Assembly (NCBI GenBank): GCA_905178155.1
Contig: CAJINV010000002.1
Span: 8,939,412 to 9,003,411, forward strand
Source of the DNA: Amoebophrya sp. A120
Lineage: Eukaryota > Protista > Dinoflagellata
Direction: 5' to 3'
DNA: 64,000 nucleotides
The stretch's first letter is position 1; the number at the start of each line of letters is the position of its first letter. The notes under the pieces are model-generated. The model was not told where the DNA came from. It worked only from the letters and a program-made list of their open reading frames with translations, and did not search any database. This document shows, piece by piece, positions 1 through 12,284 of the stretch. A program made the translations under genes and the position numbers.

Positions 1-315
1 TCTTGCCGTCGCGAGCCCAGAGGTTTTTGTTTTCTTTATCGACCTCTTGAGACGTTTTCATGTCAGCCAAGACATTTACTCTAGCTTTGGTTTTAGAAAT
101 TTTTTCCGGCGACGCACCGTACTGCTTCGACAACTCGTCAACTTTGGCCAGTAACCGCGATACCCGCGCCGCGGACTCGTCCGCGCGGGTGGGCGGTCGA
201 TGAGCTGATTTTTCCGATGAGATTTTCATGCTCAGATGTCATTCTACATCACTCTGCACGTACTTAGGAATCTTCACAAACACCCGTCATTAAGAAAAAA
301 ACAGCTAGTACTTAC

Positions 316-3300
316 CCTCTCCGCGTGAAGACGCCAATTCCTGCTTTTTTTCTACGCAGCCGTGAAGAGCGTTTCTTTCCGTTTCTCGCCCTCCTGCACC
401 CGCAACATACTGGTCCCGCAAATCGAACACTGAATACTTTTTCGCCGGTTTCAAAGTTTCCGCATCGTCCTCGTAGAAATTCTTGTTTACGTCAGACTTA
501 CTTGATGTCTTATTTTCAACGTTTGATGCAGTTGGTCTTGCTTTCTCGCCGACTGCCTTCCTCGCATCTACTTGTTCTTTAAACGCATGCAGCTCCTGCT
601 TCCGCTGCAAGTACTCGTTTCTGGCCTTGTCGAGGGGGGAAGTCGTTGTATGATCCTTGTCATTGTACACGTTCTGCGCGAAGGCGTCTTGGAAAACACG
701 GTCACTCACATGGTTCCTGTTTAATACGTGGCTCTCCTTGCTGGCATGTAATTCTCTCTTGCGAGCATCCTTTTCCGCATCTACAGCTCTGCCCGGCTGC
801 ATCACAACCTCCAGTGGTGATCGTTTTGGGAGTTCTTTCCGCTTGTTGTTCTCAAACCCTTCGACTTCCCGCGCGGCCTTTTTGTCCTCCTCCCGCAAAC
901 GCAAGGCGATGGCGTCGATTCGCGAGGAAATCGCGACCCCCTGGTCGTCTTTTCTGCTTTGCGGCGGGGGAACTGACTTCGAGGTGGTCTTCGACGATGA
1001 AGAGGAGTCGACAACAACCCGCTCCCGTTGAGAATTAAGAGCTTTCTTGTCGGAATCCGGAGCACCATTTTCATCCCGTATTTGCAACCCTGGTGATCTT
1101 TGTTGTTGCGCTGTAGGTAGAATCTGCTGGTGCTTCTTCTTTTCCACGATCTTCTTGGAAGCGGGAGAAGCTGGGTACTGGGCCTGCTTTCGGTACATTG
1201 CCATCTTGGCGCGAACTTCATTTTCCTTCTCACTGCTCTTCTTCCTCATCTGAAGGTCTGCGTACCGACCAGGCTCGCGGCGGCGCGGCGGGTCTTGCAC
1301 CTGCTCCAGAGCGACGTTGTAATCCCGAGCTAAGAGTAAATTTCTTCGACCGTGGTCGCGATTCAACATTTGGTTCCTTTGTTCCTTCTGATTTGGCTTC
1401 CTCTCGTCCGCTGCGTTGTTCTGCTCCTGCTTCGCGTCTGTACCGGGTAGATCTGTCTTCTCTGGAGGTCCTTTCCGGTGGTCGAATATTTCTTCACTAG
1501 TCTTTTTCACCGGTGTAGATTTGCTGGAACGCACGACGACCCTCTTCACCACACCCGCACGGTCATTCGGATAATGCTCAATCCGTTTGGACGACGCAGG
1601 CCGCTGCTGAGGACGGTGCAAAACCTTTCGCGGAGTGGACCTGCCAGCAGGGTAGTGGTTGCTCTTGACGTTATTGCTTGGCGGTTGTGGCTTGTGGTCG
1701 TGCTGTATTTTTCTTTGCTGTCCGGCGACCGTGGGCTTTTTCTCTACTCGCCCTTGCTCAACCGCATTCATCGCATTCGGAGCGGTCCTCGGATCACTCA
1801 CGTTTTCCTTGTCCAGAACCACAAGCGACGCAGCAGGTGCGGGGGCAGCAGCAGCAGCTACTGCTGCTGCAACTCTGTCCAACTGCTCTCGCCGATGATC
1901 TTCAGCAATCTGCCCGTCCCCGTGCCGCTTCATCTGCTTTTTTGGGTTTAGTATTTCGTCCTGCTGTTCTGGAACCCTTTCTTCAGCGGGAACCACCACC
2001 CCCGCCTGAAGACCCTGTGCTTTCTTCATGCTGTTCTTTTCCGCATCAAGCGCCTGCGCCCGCTTCTTATCTTCCTCCAGCAATGCAAAAATCTGCTTCC
2101 GCAAAATCTGCTTATTCAGCAGGTCCCGCGCTTTCGGGCGTTTCCGCGGGTCTAGTTGCAGACACAGGTCCACTATCAAATGGAAAAATGTCTGGGTCTG
2201 GAAGAATGCAACTTGTGATGCTGCATTTGGATTCCAGAAGAATCTGTATTGCATGAGTACCAAAAGGAATGTAACATTTGCTACGCGGGGGAGAGGGCAT
2301 TTGTCATGCGGAATAGGCACCAAGAAGCTCTCAAAAAATCTGTCATGCTAGAACATGCATCACAGACATCAGGGCTCATGCAAAACGTGCATGACAAGTG
2401 TCAGAATCTTCCAGACCCAGACATTTTTACAGTTGATATCCACCACTTGCTTCAGCTCATCCAGTTTCGCGACATCAAGTTGATGCGAAGATTCGTGTTG
2501 TACAGCCGGGATATTATTTCGTCCAGTTGCACCTGCAGATGAGGACGAAGATGAACTGTTTCCCGGTTTCAACTTTTCGTATTCGCCTTTGAGGATTTTC
2601 AGGACCAAGCCCTTCATGCTTTCGTCGTCAAACGCGTGTTTTAACGTGATCATCTCGTACAAACAGCATCCAATGGCCCATATGTCGGACTTGTAGTCGT
2701 AGGGCTGTGCCTGGCAGATCTCGGGGCTCATGTAGAACGGCGTGCCGATGGCGGTTTTCGCAACGTCAGACGTGTGGGAGAGAACCCGCGCGATGCCGAA
2801 GTCCCCGATTTTCACGTTTTCGAAATTCGGAAGAACTACTGGAGGGTTGTTTTCTGACATCAGTGAAGACATTGCGACTTTGGTCAAAAAGATGTTCTGC
2901 GTCTTCAGATCCCGGTGCAGAATTTTCTGGTCGTGGATGTACTTCACGGCAAGTGCGATTTGCGTGAACCAACGGAGAATCAAACTTGCGGGAAGAAACT
3001 GCTTCAACTTTTTCTGCTTCCGAATCCGAGTGTACAGGTCCCCGTTCGTCGCATAGTCCATGACCAGACACAGAAGCTTCTGCGGGGACGCGGGCCGGTG
3101 ATCATTGTAGTTACCTCGCTCGTTGTCTGGGTTGGTTGTCGTTCCCGCTTTGTCTGCGGAAGTAGATGACCCCGTCAGGAAAGAATCACGATATCTGAGG
3201 AAACATCAATTGAAGAGGCTGCACATTTTCATATTATTTCACACGGTCAGTGTTGCATCACTCCTCCAAGAACAACATACACGTCCTCCTCGAGAATGCT

Positions 3301-3656
3301 GGATCATGATAGCACTTACGACAAAACCATTGTTCTCCTGGGCGTTCTACTTCATGCAGTACGCACAAAAAGATGTAAGCATCGAAAAATGAACACCAAA
3401 CCTACCTGATGATGTACGGATGCCGCAGCCTTCCCAGCACCTGCACCTCGCGATACGTATCATTCTTCTCTTCCTCGGACATTTTGGACAAATCGATCAC
3501 CTTCTGGATGAGCTGCTTCTCCGAGTGCCGGTCCCGCACTAGCCAGCATTTCCCGAAACTTCCCTCGCCCACCAACTTAACTTTCTCGTACCGCGACGAG
3601 CTGTTGGCGCTCCCGGCGGCAACTACCGGGGCCTGCTTGCTTTCAAGGCTCGGCAT
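316..3656 (-). CDS. NIMA-related (NEK1/4-like) Ser/Thr kinase with long charged low-complexity tail; 3' part continues off the left edge
   Basis: Motifs [52 protein letters not shown]. Exons 3656-3406; GT-AG intron 3195-3405; exon to ~2439; TIR element 2174-2438 whose removal gives [16 protein letters not shown]; exon to 316; GTAAGT donor at 315. Confidence 0.93.
2174..2438. mobile_element. Introner/MITE-like non-canonical intron (265 bp), TAT...ATA family A
   Basis: 32-bp TIR TATCAAATGGAAAAATGTCTGGGTCTGGAAGA / TCTTCCAGACCCAGACATTTTTACAGTTGATA; direct repeat TCCAC at 2169-2173 and 2439-2443; close inverted copy at 31888-32149. Confidence 0.93.
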
Positions 3657-4993
3657 GGCAAATCGTGCCCGATGGGGGCAAGTGTGACTTCCGATAGTAC
3701 AGGAACAGCAGCTTTAACAACGGCAGCTAGTCTCTGTGCAGCCCTGAATGTTTTCTTCTTTTTCTCACCACATTTGCTGCGGCGAACCAAGACCAGGCGG
3801 AGAAAATTCCTACTGCCGAATCATATTTGTTTGAGGTCTGCCATTACCGCAGCAAAAATCTTTGTCTGCGCATTGAAGCGACACCGGACGAAAGACCCAC
3901 CACGCACATTCGCTATATCAACTACGTACACTACTTTGTTTCCCCTGAACTTTTTCTCTCTCGCCTCTTTGGCATAAGCGGTTCCTTTTGGATTCTCTCA
4001 TCCATGCTTGCTCTCATTCGTGGAAAAAAAATCCTCCCCCATCCACTCGCGCCGAAAACACTGAGCTAAGACCTTTCATTCCATCAAAACTCCTCGGCTG
4101 AACTACCCCACCTAGCAAAAAACACAAACAGACACTGATGTTGCTCTACACGGGAAAAGCCGTGCCAAATGTCGCTTGTCGTTTTGTCCATTTTAGTCGT
4201 CCCAAAGTACTTTTATAAACTTTAACTTTTCTCAGTCCTGGGGTGCATGAGCAAACAGCAAGCTGTTGGTCGACTGAGAGGACCGGCGTGTATTCATAAT
4301 ATTATGGGGTTTCTGCTCGGTCTCAACATGATCCCGAGGTCGATACTATCAGAGGCGTCGCCAAAAAGTTCAAGTTGAACTCCTTTTTTTCACTGTCGTG
4401 TATTTCCTTTTCATTGGTGGCCATTATGTTCTCAAGAAAAATTGTCGCTTGCTTCTACTGGGAAGCCGTCAGAGCACCCCAGAATTTGATTGTCCCTTCA
4501 CTGAACGGCCTCGAATTGAAATGGACAAAAATTCGCGTGAATATATTTGCCGTCCAAAACAAGAAAAGACCATTTTTGCCATTGAAAAAGTCTAAGACCC
4601 CTTGCTTGCCGCAAGTGAGGCAAGATATTTGTCAACTGTGTGCGAATGTAGCGCAACACTGCGCCGCAGCACATTCTTCCACAGACCAAAATCTTCCGTA
4701 CGACCTGCACCTCCGAGAGATGACAAGTCTCGCTTCGCATTTGTACTTGTTTTTGCACCGATCAACTGCTGTTCTACTTGATCACAACTACACAGCAAAA
4801 TTTGTTGAGCTTCGAAAGCCACACTCTACTTACCAAGAAATTTGCAACGCAAAATTCTGTCTGCAACTGGCGAAGCAAGCAAATTGATTTCTCCGCGATA
4901 TTTTTTCCACGACCTGTGCAGCGCAACTTAATACTTACTTTTTACAACAGTTATCGCGTTCTTTCGGTCAGTTCGACCTGCGCCAACTATACT

Positions 4994-7914
4994 TTATTTT
5001 TGGTTTCTGAATGTGTCTCGCCACTCCGAGACGGTGAACATTATTTGGTTTCGGACCGCCTCGCTGACATTGGACAACTTCGCGTACTCTGACAGGGTTT
5101 TGCCGATCTTGGAGCTTTGCATCAAGGGCACAGTCATCGTTTTCCGTAACAGGTCGATCTTCGCGAGAGCGTCCTTCTCCTTCACAATCGTAGCATCCTG
5201 GTTATCGATAGCGTCCTGCAGCATTTTCTGGGTTTCCTCTAATGCAGTTTTGTTGTCCGTGGCCTGCAAGTTCGGATCATACTGCCGCGGGTCCACGAAC
5301 CGAGAGCCGGCCGTAGAAGAGGATTTCACATTGCCAGTACTCGCCTGGCTAGAACCATTGGAGTGCTGGCTAGGGTTATTTTTCCGGGCAGGCACAGGAG
5401 CTCCGCGGGACGTAGAGTGGTTGCTCGGAGACTTCAGGTCTGTGTTTTTATTCGCAAAACTACATCAAAAAAACCGGTAAAGCTACCGACGGCCGCTCAA
5501 CGATTCCATTCTGCATGACAGAAATGCAAATCCAATTGTATGCAGCAGTATCTTCCATGAAGATCTCATTGCGAACAACACGGTCGGAGGAGCACGTCCA
5601 ACACTACAATACCAGAGTCCATCCGGGTCGGCGCCAAGCAGCCACCGGTTGCTGTGGTTAACTTCGTGCTCCACTGTGCGGAGAACTTTTTCGCAAAGTT
5701 TTCCCGCATCTTTTTCCCGGTGGCGATGCTTGGGGCACCGAGTTCGTCGAAGGTGATGGATTCCTTGCGAACGCCGAACTTCTGCTGCATCAGCCTTATC
5801 AATTCTTCCTTCTGCGCCAGCACCCGGAGCTTCACGGATAGCTTTTTTTCAAAACTCTTCGACCCCCCTGTGTACCACGCGTCCCACTCCAGTGTGTTGG
5901 TGGAGAACATCTAAAGTAGATTTTCGTGCAGTTACAACATGCAAAAAATCATCTGATGTGTAAAACTACACGATCTGATTTTCATCGTGATCAACATCAT
6001 CTCCTTTTTAGACGCTGAGCGGCAATTCATTTTCATTCGTACAAAATCACATAGTACCCACGTTTTCCACTCCCTAACGGCCTCGAGAGTCAAATTCGAA
6101 TCGCGCTCGTCGCTGCGGCTGGTCTGACTCTCTTCCGCATCTCTGTCCCCACCGTTCATTTTTTTCCGTCGCTTCTTCCCTCCGACATCGCTGCCTGCGC
6201 CCCCCGCCACGGTGGGATTCCGGATAACCTTACAGATAAAAAAATGAAACGTGACGCACGATCGTCAAGACTTTTCGATTGACATTATTACTGGCAACTG
6301 GAACTCCTGCACCGATGATGTCAACAGGCAAAGATTTTTCCCGCTGCACGGAATTTTGCTAGGTGATTCACTTCTACCTCTTCGGCGTAAGTACACTGAA
6401 ATGTCGATGTGAAACCAAAGGTCTTATTCATTTGATACAAAGTCGAAAGCCTCCTGCGCCTCTGCGACGGGTCTGCGCACTCGTTTTGCGGGCAATAAAT
6501 GGTCTAGTGCCATGGTTAAGGGGTTTATCCGCGCAAAACCCGTCTGAGTCAGAGTCAAGCCGGTGAAAGACCGGTACGGAACTTTTCAAAATATTTTGAT
6601 GCATGAAAAAAAAACTCCGAGAACAATCAATCACGGATCATTTCTTCTCTCTTCACCGGTTCGACTCAGACTCGGGCAACATCTTTGTGGGTGGATAGCT
6701 AGCGGATTCGGCTTCGGTCCACCCGTAGCGTTGCTGCTTGCCGCTGCGCCGGCCGCCACCTTTTCCGCAGCGGCTTGCAGCCGTTTCTGTGCCGCAAGGC
6801 GCGCCGCGCCGGTTTGATTGTTGATAAAGCCGACTGTCTGCTGCGGGTTCATCTTCAGGCCTGGCAAAACTCGCCCGTTTACCGTTATTTCCTTGGAAGC
6901 ATTCTTCAACAGGTCACTGGCGCTGACAAAGTATCCACTGCAAAAAAAAAATGTCCTCCACATGCTGAAAAATTCGAATGCCAGCTGCTTCAGAAAGCGT
7001 AAAAGTGACCTTTAAGAATCACCGCCCACAGTAGACTGACTCTGTATTGACTATGCAGATGAAACTTCCGGCAGCCCGATGAGGAGGACAACCGACATGC
7101 TATTTTTGCAGGGCATAGCACATCATTCTCATCAGCGCCCTCCCACTGCCACGTACAAAAGATCGAATTCCCGGGTTTGGTCGACCGCCAGGTAATCTCG
7201 CTGTTGCTGCTGGCTTTGAGGTCCGCGCGCCAACCCGGATGCATTTCCACAGTATCGCCAACTTCGGTGAGCACGTGCAGTTGGGGCACTGAGTTGGTGT
7301 GTGGTTTGACTCCTTCTCCCACAACAAAGAACACGCACAGTGCGTCAAAATGAAAACACGTGATCCAACGTGGACCATCAACATTTGGAGGTTGATATCC
7401 ACCGATCATTTACTAGATCGAATAAAGACAATGACAATTTGTAAATGCCGTTCGAAGTTTTATTGCTTTCTTGCGTAAATCGAGAAAACAGTATCCGAAA
7501 GGTCGTGTTAGAAGTCTTTACGCCTTCAACAAAATTTTCTTCAAAAGTCACAAAACCCAGCAGTATAATACACGTAGCCAATTTCGCCGTGTTTCCGGTG
7601 ACTGTGACCAACCCCAGCTTCTGGTTGCTGTGCAGCCACATTCCTTGCAGGTCCGCGATCGTGAGCTTTTCCAGCCCGGGGCCGCTGTTGGAAGACGAAG
7701 AGTTTTTTGACACATTGGCTGCCCGCGCTGCCATCAGCATGTTGTGCTGCGTGGCACGCCCCGGCTGCTGCAGTACTGCAGGTATCTTATTGGCCCCCAG
7801 GCGCGACGAGGAGGACGAGGATGACGCAGCGACCGCAGGTCGGGCCACGGATACAGCACCTCCTGGTCGTCCTGCCCCCGGGGGGAGCGTGGTAGTTGTA
7901 CTGGAAGCTGCCAT
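4994..7914 (-). CDS. Multi-exon hypothetical nuclear protein with C-terminal TFIIS N-terminal (LW/Med26-like) helical bundle
   Basis: Chain of minus-strand ORF pieces (7378-7914, 6990-7409, 6631-6963, 5932-6210, 5566-5910, 4994-5395). The last reads MTVPLMQSSKIGKTLSEYAK...VSEWR, matching the TFIIS-N pattern. GT-AG intron 5911-6057 resolved; other junctions not. Confidence 0.6.
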
Positions 7915-10534
7915 TCTCGCAAATGTGCTCCTGCTGTCGCTGGCGATTATAGGAGAAGAAAACGATCAAAAAGTATGGGAGCGTCGCGGACGAGCAGCTG
8001 GGCTTCGAAGTCGGTTGTGTAGGCTGGATTGTTTTGTAGTTCGGGGGCGTGTCGCTCGTGTTTTCTCTTTTCCTCGGGCACCAGCTGTGCACTTCTATTA
8101 CTTGACTGTTCTTAACGTGTTTCGTTGAAAACCTGGTGAATTCGCAGATGTAGTCCGACGCGGTTTTGTATTTCCCTTCACCTTCTTGACTTCTCGCAGC
8201 AGTACACAACACAACGACAACACCGTCGAGCAGGTGCTGATTGTGAAATCAGTCTTTCGACTCAGGCAAGTGTCAAAAAAAAGTGTGCGCCGGGCAGAGT
8301 CGTGAGAGTCTCGACGGAGAAACGCTTCTACTTAGGACTGCTCTTTGCAGGAATTCGACTGTTCGTCTCGTCGTCGTCTAAGTGCTTTAGCTGAGGGTTC
8401 AGGACCAGGAGTATCCGTACGAAAAGGTGTTTAAAGATGGAAAGTTACGGAAACACTATTTGCACTCAGGTACTTTTAGGTGAGCGAAAATTCGGTATGT
8501 TCCTTAGGGCTGAGGCTGACAGACATAAGCGTTAGTTTTCTTGCAGCGGTAGAGCAAGACTAATTAGTGACGCGCGAAGAATTTTGTTCTCTTCGTGGCA
8601 CAAGAGAGATAGTGCCTGAAAAGCGATGACATGCACATAGGCGCGACTACGAATTTTAAATGAGAGAGAGGAAACGTCGTTGTGTTGCAAAAATGAAAAT
8701 TTGAATTTGTTGTACAGTACTGAGACTTCATGAATGACTAGAACTTGCACGGAAACTATCCGTAGAGGTAGAAGACTAATTCATTGCTACAATTAAACTT
8801 TGTTCGAGTACTTTCGAATTTGGATGAAAAAAACTGCAGGACTGCAACAAGGTATTGGTAATGAATCTCATGAATGCTTTGGCATCTATATGCGCCAAGC
8901 GTCTACGTCACACCGCCTCTTTGCAACAAGCTGCTCATCGAAAAAATCATTGAGGCGATCGTCGAGAATTGGCAGAGACAAAATAATCCTGCCAAACTAA
9001 ATCTATGAATCTCATCCGCGCATGCCACAGATGGCGGGTAGCACAGGACTCGTGTGAACGCTACCCGCCCTTGGACAGCGACAGGTGCAAAAAAGTGGGC
9101 TGCAGCCCCTGTTGGTCAAGAAATGAAGCGTACTCTTACTTCTACAAGCTATTACTTAATGGCAGCAACTACAACCGTCTGGCGTGGCTATTGACATGCA
9201 TGATCTCAGTCTCAGATGGAACTGCGTGGGCACACGATAGTGAAGTGTAATGATCGCAGTCGACATACTTACGTGTAGATCATGATGGGTTAGTCTTAGC
9301 CGCTGTATGAACGGTCAAACTGATTGAAGCGAAGTCGCTTCTCTTTTCTTGTTGCGCTTGCGATCATCTACGGAATACAAAACTTAAGCGACCTTTATCT
9401 TCAAGCTGATCAATTGTGTTTTTCCTGCACATAGTACTGTCTGCCAAGGTCGCAAGCGCGGCTTCGTGTCAGACATATCAAAGACAGTGCTCTCGTCTGA
9501 CTTTCAATTCTATTTTTCTCAGTATCAGGCTGCGAGTGACAATAGCACACATGTCCTCATTTCATTCTGGCCTGAATACCATTTCTCGTGATTGGACGAT
9601 TTCTGCTTGATCCCTTCCGGTGCAAGAAATCCAATATCCGTGTGTTCCTACAAGATAGTCTGCCTCGACCTGGATCCTCTGGGCTCCAGATAACGCAATC
9701 GCTTCGTGGGCGTTTCACGGGCTTGGGCAAGGCGCGCGCAACCGATATTTCTTCACAGACCCACACGAGATTCACCATGCGTCGCCACGTCCGCAGAGTC
9801 GAAGAGCAGCCGAGACCAAACAAGGAACAGCAACGAAGAGCGACACCAGACGATCACAAGCAAGACACATGTTTTTGAAGAAGGGCGACGATCGGAAACT
9901 TTTGAAAAACAGGAACAGAAGCAGTAGAACAATGCGCTTTATTCAGCGATGAATAAAGTAGAGGCTCTGCAGGCCCACGCTTGGAATGAAACAGGCCACC
10001 TGCGCTGGCAAGCGTATATTTCTCGTTTCCTTTGTTAATACCTGATTTTCTTTTTCTTCGAAGCTTCTTGTCTAGGTTGACAACTCGATAATTCCTACTT
10101 TCGTCCGTGATCACAGCGTGTTAAACAGGTGCAGCCTCTACAGGTGAAGGCCGTAGATGTTGCAGCACAGGAAAATACAATTTCTCAAAACCTTGTTCAG
10201 AACAAGGCTAGAGGCAAGAATTCTTTTTTTCTAAATGTTACGTGGGGGTGATACAACAGACACAACGTCGCAGGAGGTAGGTACAGCTTTAAAGATCTTT
10301 TGGAAATCTCACGTCGCAGCACAGAATAGGCTAGCGGTAAGAACATCAAGAAGGTACTTATTTGGCAAGTTTTGCTTCGTCGTTTTGCGAAATGCGAGTT
10401 TCCATGCATCTAGTGTAAAGGGGCGCCCACAGCAGATGTTGAGTGGAAGCTGAAGGATGGTACTTCTACAAGGAAGCCGAAAGGAATGAAACACCAGATA
10501 ACCACGCAGTGGAGCGGAATTATCATGCCGTCTT

Positions 10535-11474
10535 CTACACTGCTTGTATACTGGTGTCACTCACGCCGAGCTCCTCAGATTCGAGTACCCTGGAGTAATC
10601 CGTGCTTGGTTGGTGTACTACAGCATGAACAACATTCGACGCCGCTCCAAGTCCGATCAGCATAAAGATAAAACTGCCCAAAAGCACGATGAGCACCAAA
10701 ACGGAAAGCCCCGACATTCCAGCCATACCTGGTGGTTTTTTCTTCTTGATGTGAACAAGGCCGAGTGAGATGCAATAGAGGAGGCCCGCTGGGAAGCAGA
10801 AGTTCGCATCGTAGTCAAGAAGTCAAAAAAAAACATTGTATGTTCTATACGGTGTTGCGGCGTCAGCTCCACACCGCCGATCACAGTTCTCCATTCCGGA
10901 TTTGCGTTTTTATTGAGGAAAAACGCCCACGCACCGCCGAGCTGTTTTTGATAGAAAGATGTTTTTCTCCGGTCATTTTTCTCATTGCAGAATTTTTGCT
11001 TTTCTTGTGTGCATTCGCGAACCACACAAAACATCAAGATACGCATATCTATGAAATTAATCTCAATACTGCCAAGATGCACAGCAGGCTTGTTGGGTTC
11101 ATGAGCAGACCGAACCCTAGTATTCCCGCGTCCACAACGGCGTAGTTCCAACGGAAGTAGCTCAGATTTTTCGTCACTTGCATCACGTTCAGGCCCGTGG
11201 GCTTCGCCACCGCGCAAAATTCGCCCAGCCATGGTCGGATCACGATTCGGCTGTTCATCGCGCTCTGCAAAGCCGTGGAGCCCGAGGAGGAAGCCGTACT
11301 AGCGGAATCCATCACGCCCTGAGGGATGGCGGATTTTACCGACTCAAAGAACGTGTTCAGAGAGGGATGCAGCTGCGGTCTCCCAACCATCTCCTGCATC
11401 TCAATCTCGTTGTTCGCATTCACACCGCCGGACGAAGGGCCCGAGGCATACAGCTGGTTCGGAACGACGCTCAT
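10535..11474 (-). CDS. PRA1 family (prenylated Rab acceptor) protein, ~229 aa, 3 exons
   Basis: RPWLGEF...NLSYFRWNY and C-terminal VVHAVVH motifs plus hydrophobic hairpins. Exons 11474-11070, 10941-10851, 10728-10535 are joined in frame by GT-AG introns. Confidence 0.88.
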
Positions 11475-12284
11475 TTTTCCTTGCTTTATTTTCCAGCTTT
11501 TGGCAAGAATGCCAGTTCTTCTTCTTGTTCTTCCAGGGGGGTACGTCCGGCGTACTAAACCTGCTTGATCTACGAGGTGCTATAGCCAAAAGAAGAGAAA
11601 CTATGAAGCAAATGCGACTACGGGAGCTGCTTCTAGGGTTCTTTCGGACTGCGTCAATAACAGCGTGGTAGCTGCAAACAAGACGTATTTGATAAAGATG
11701 CAGCTAAAAGTCAAACCATCGAGCTGAGCTCTACTTTCTCTGTGACTACCTTTCTCTCAGCGTCGTTGGCAAGAACGCCAATGCACTTCCTTAGCCTCAG
11801 TGTCACGAGTTGGAGTTCGATCACGCTATGCAGCGTCACCCGAGGAGCGGCACGACGAACACTCGAGCTACACAAGTTCCTGCTTACACGAAGTCGATAA
11901 CCTTCGCGACACCGTCGTTCGTTGTTGTATTTGGTTTCCCCTATCAACTCAAATTCTACATGTTTTTCTCCTTTCTGTTAAAGAGAGACCGATCTTCATC
12001 TTGGATACATCATGTACATCATTTTTCTAGAAATCTCGTGTCGAAAAAGAAACTCAATTTATGCACAACAAACGAATCTCGATACTGTAATTGTTGAAGT
12101 TGAAGTGGAAGTTGAAGATAGTTCGATTCTACAAAAACATCTACAAGCTCTGGGTCGTGACCCTGCTCATGAACAGAACTAACATAGTTTTGCCATCAAT
12201 TTCAATGAGTCTGTACCAGTACAAGCACTGGCCGAGTTCATCTTTGCCGGAGCCGATTCACCACATTTACAACATTCGCCGGCT

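Noticed and set aside
2174-2323. N-terminus [11 protein letters not shown]... of the 672-aa ORF, and similar peptides in ORFs at 31.8-32.4 kb
   Set aside because: These are translations of the family A element, not a protein family; the ORF is the kinase tail.
3171-3184. 14-bp identity CCCGTCAGGAAAGA with 28881-28894
   Set aside because: No meaningful extension on either side; compatible with chance in 64 kb.
4375-4887. 170-aa plus-strand ORF
   Set aside because: Non-ATG start, no motifs, lies in the 3' flank of a minus-strand gene; likely chance.
8130-10530. Possible gene in the 2.4-kb gap (short ORFs on both strands)
   Set aside because: No coherent exon chain or recognisable motif by eye; left unannotated.
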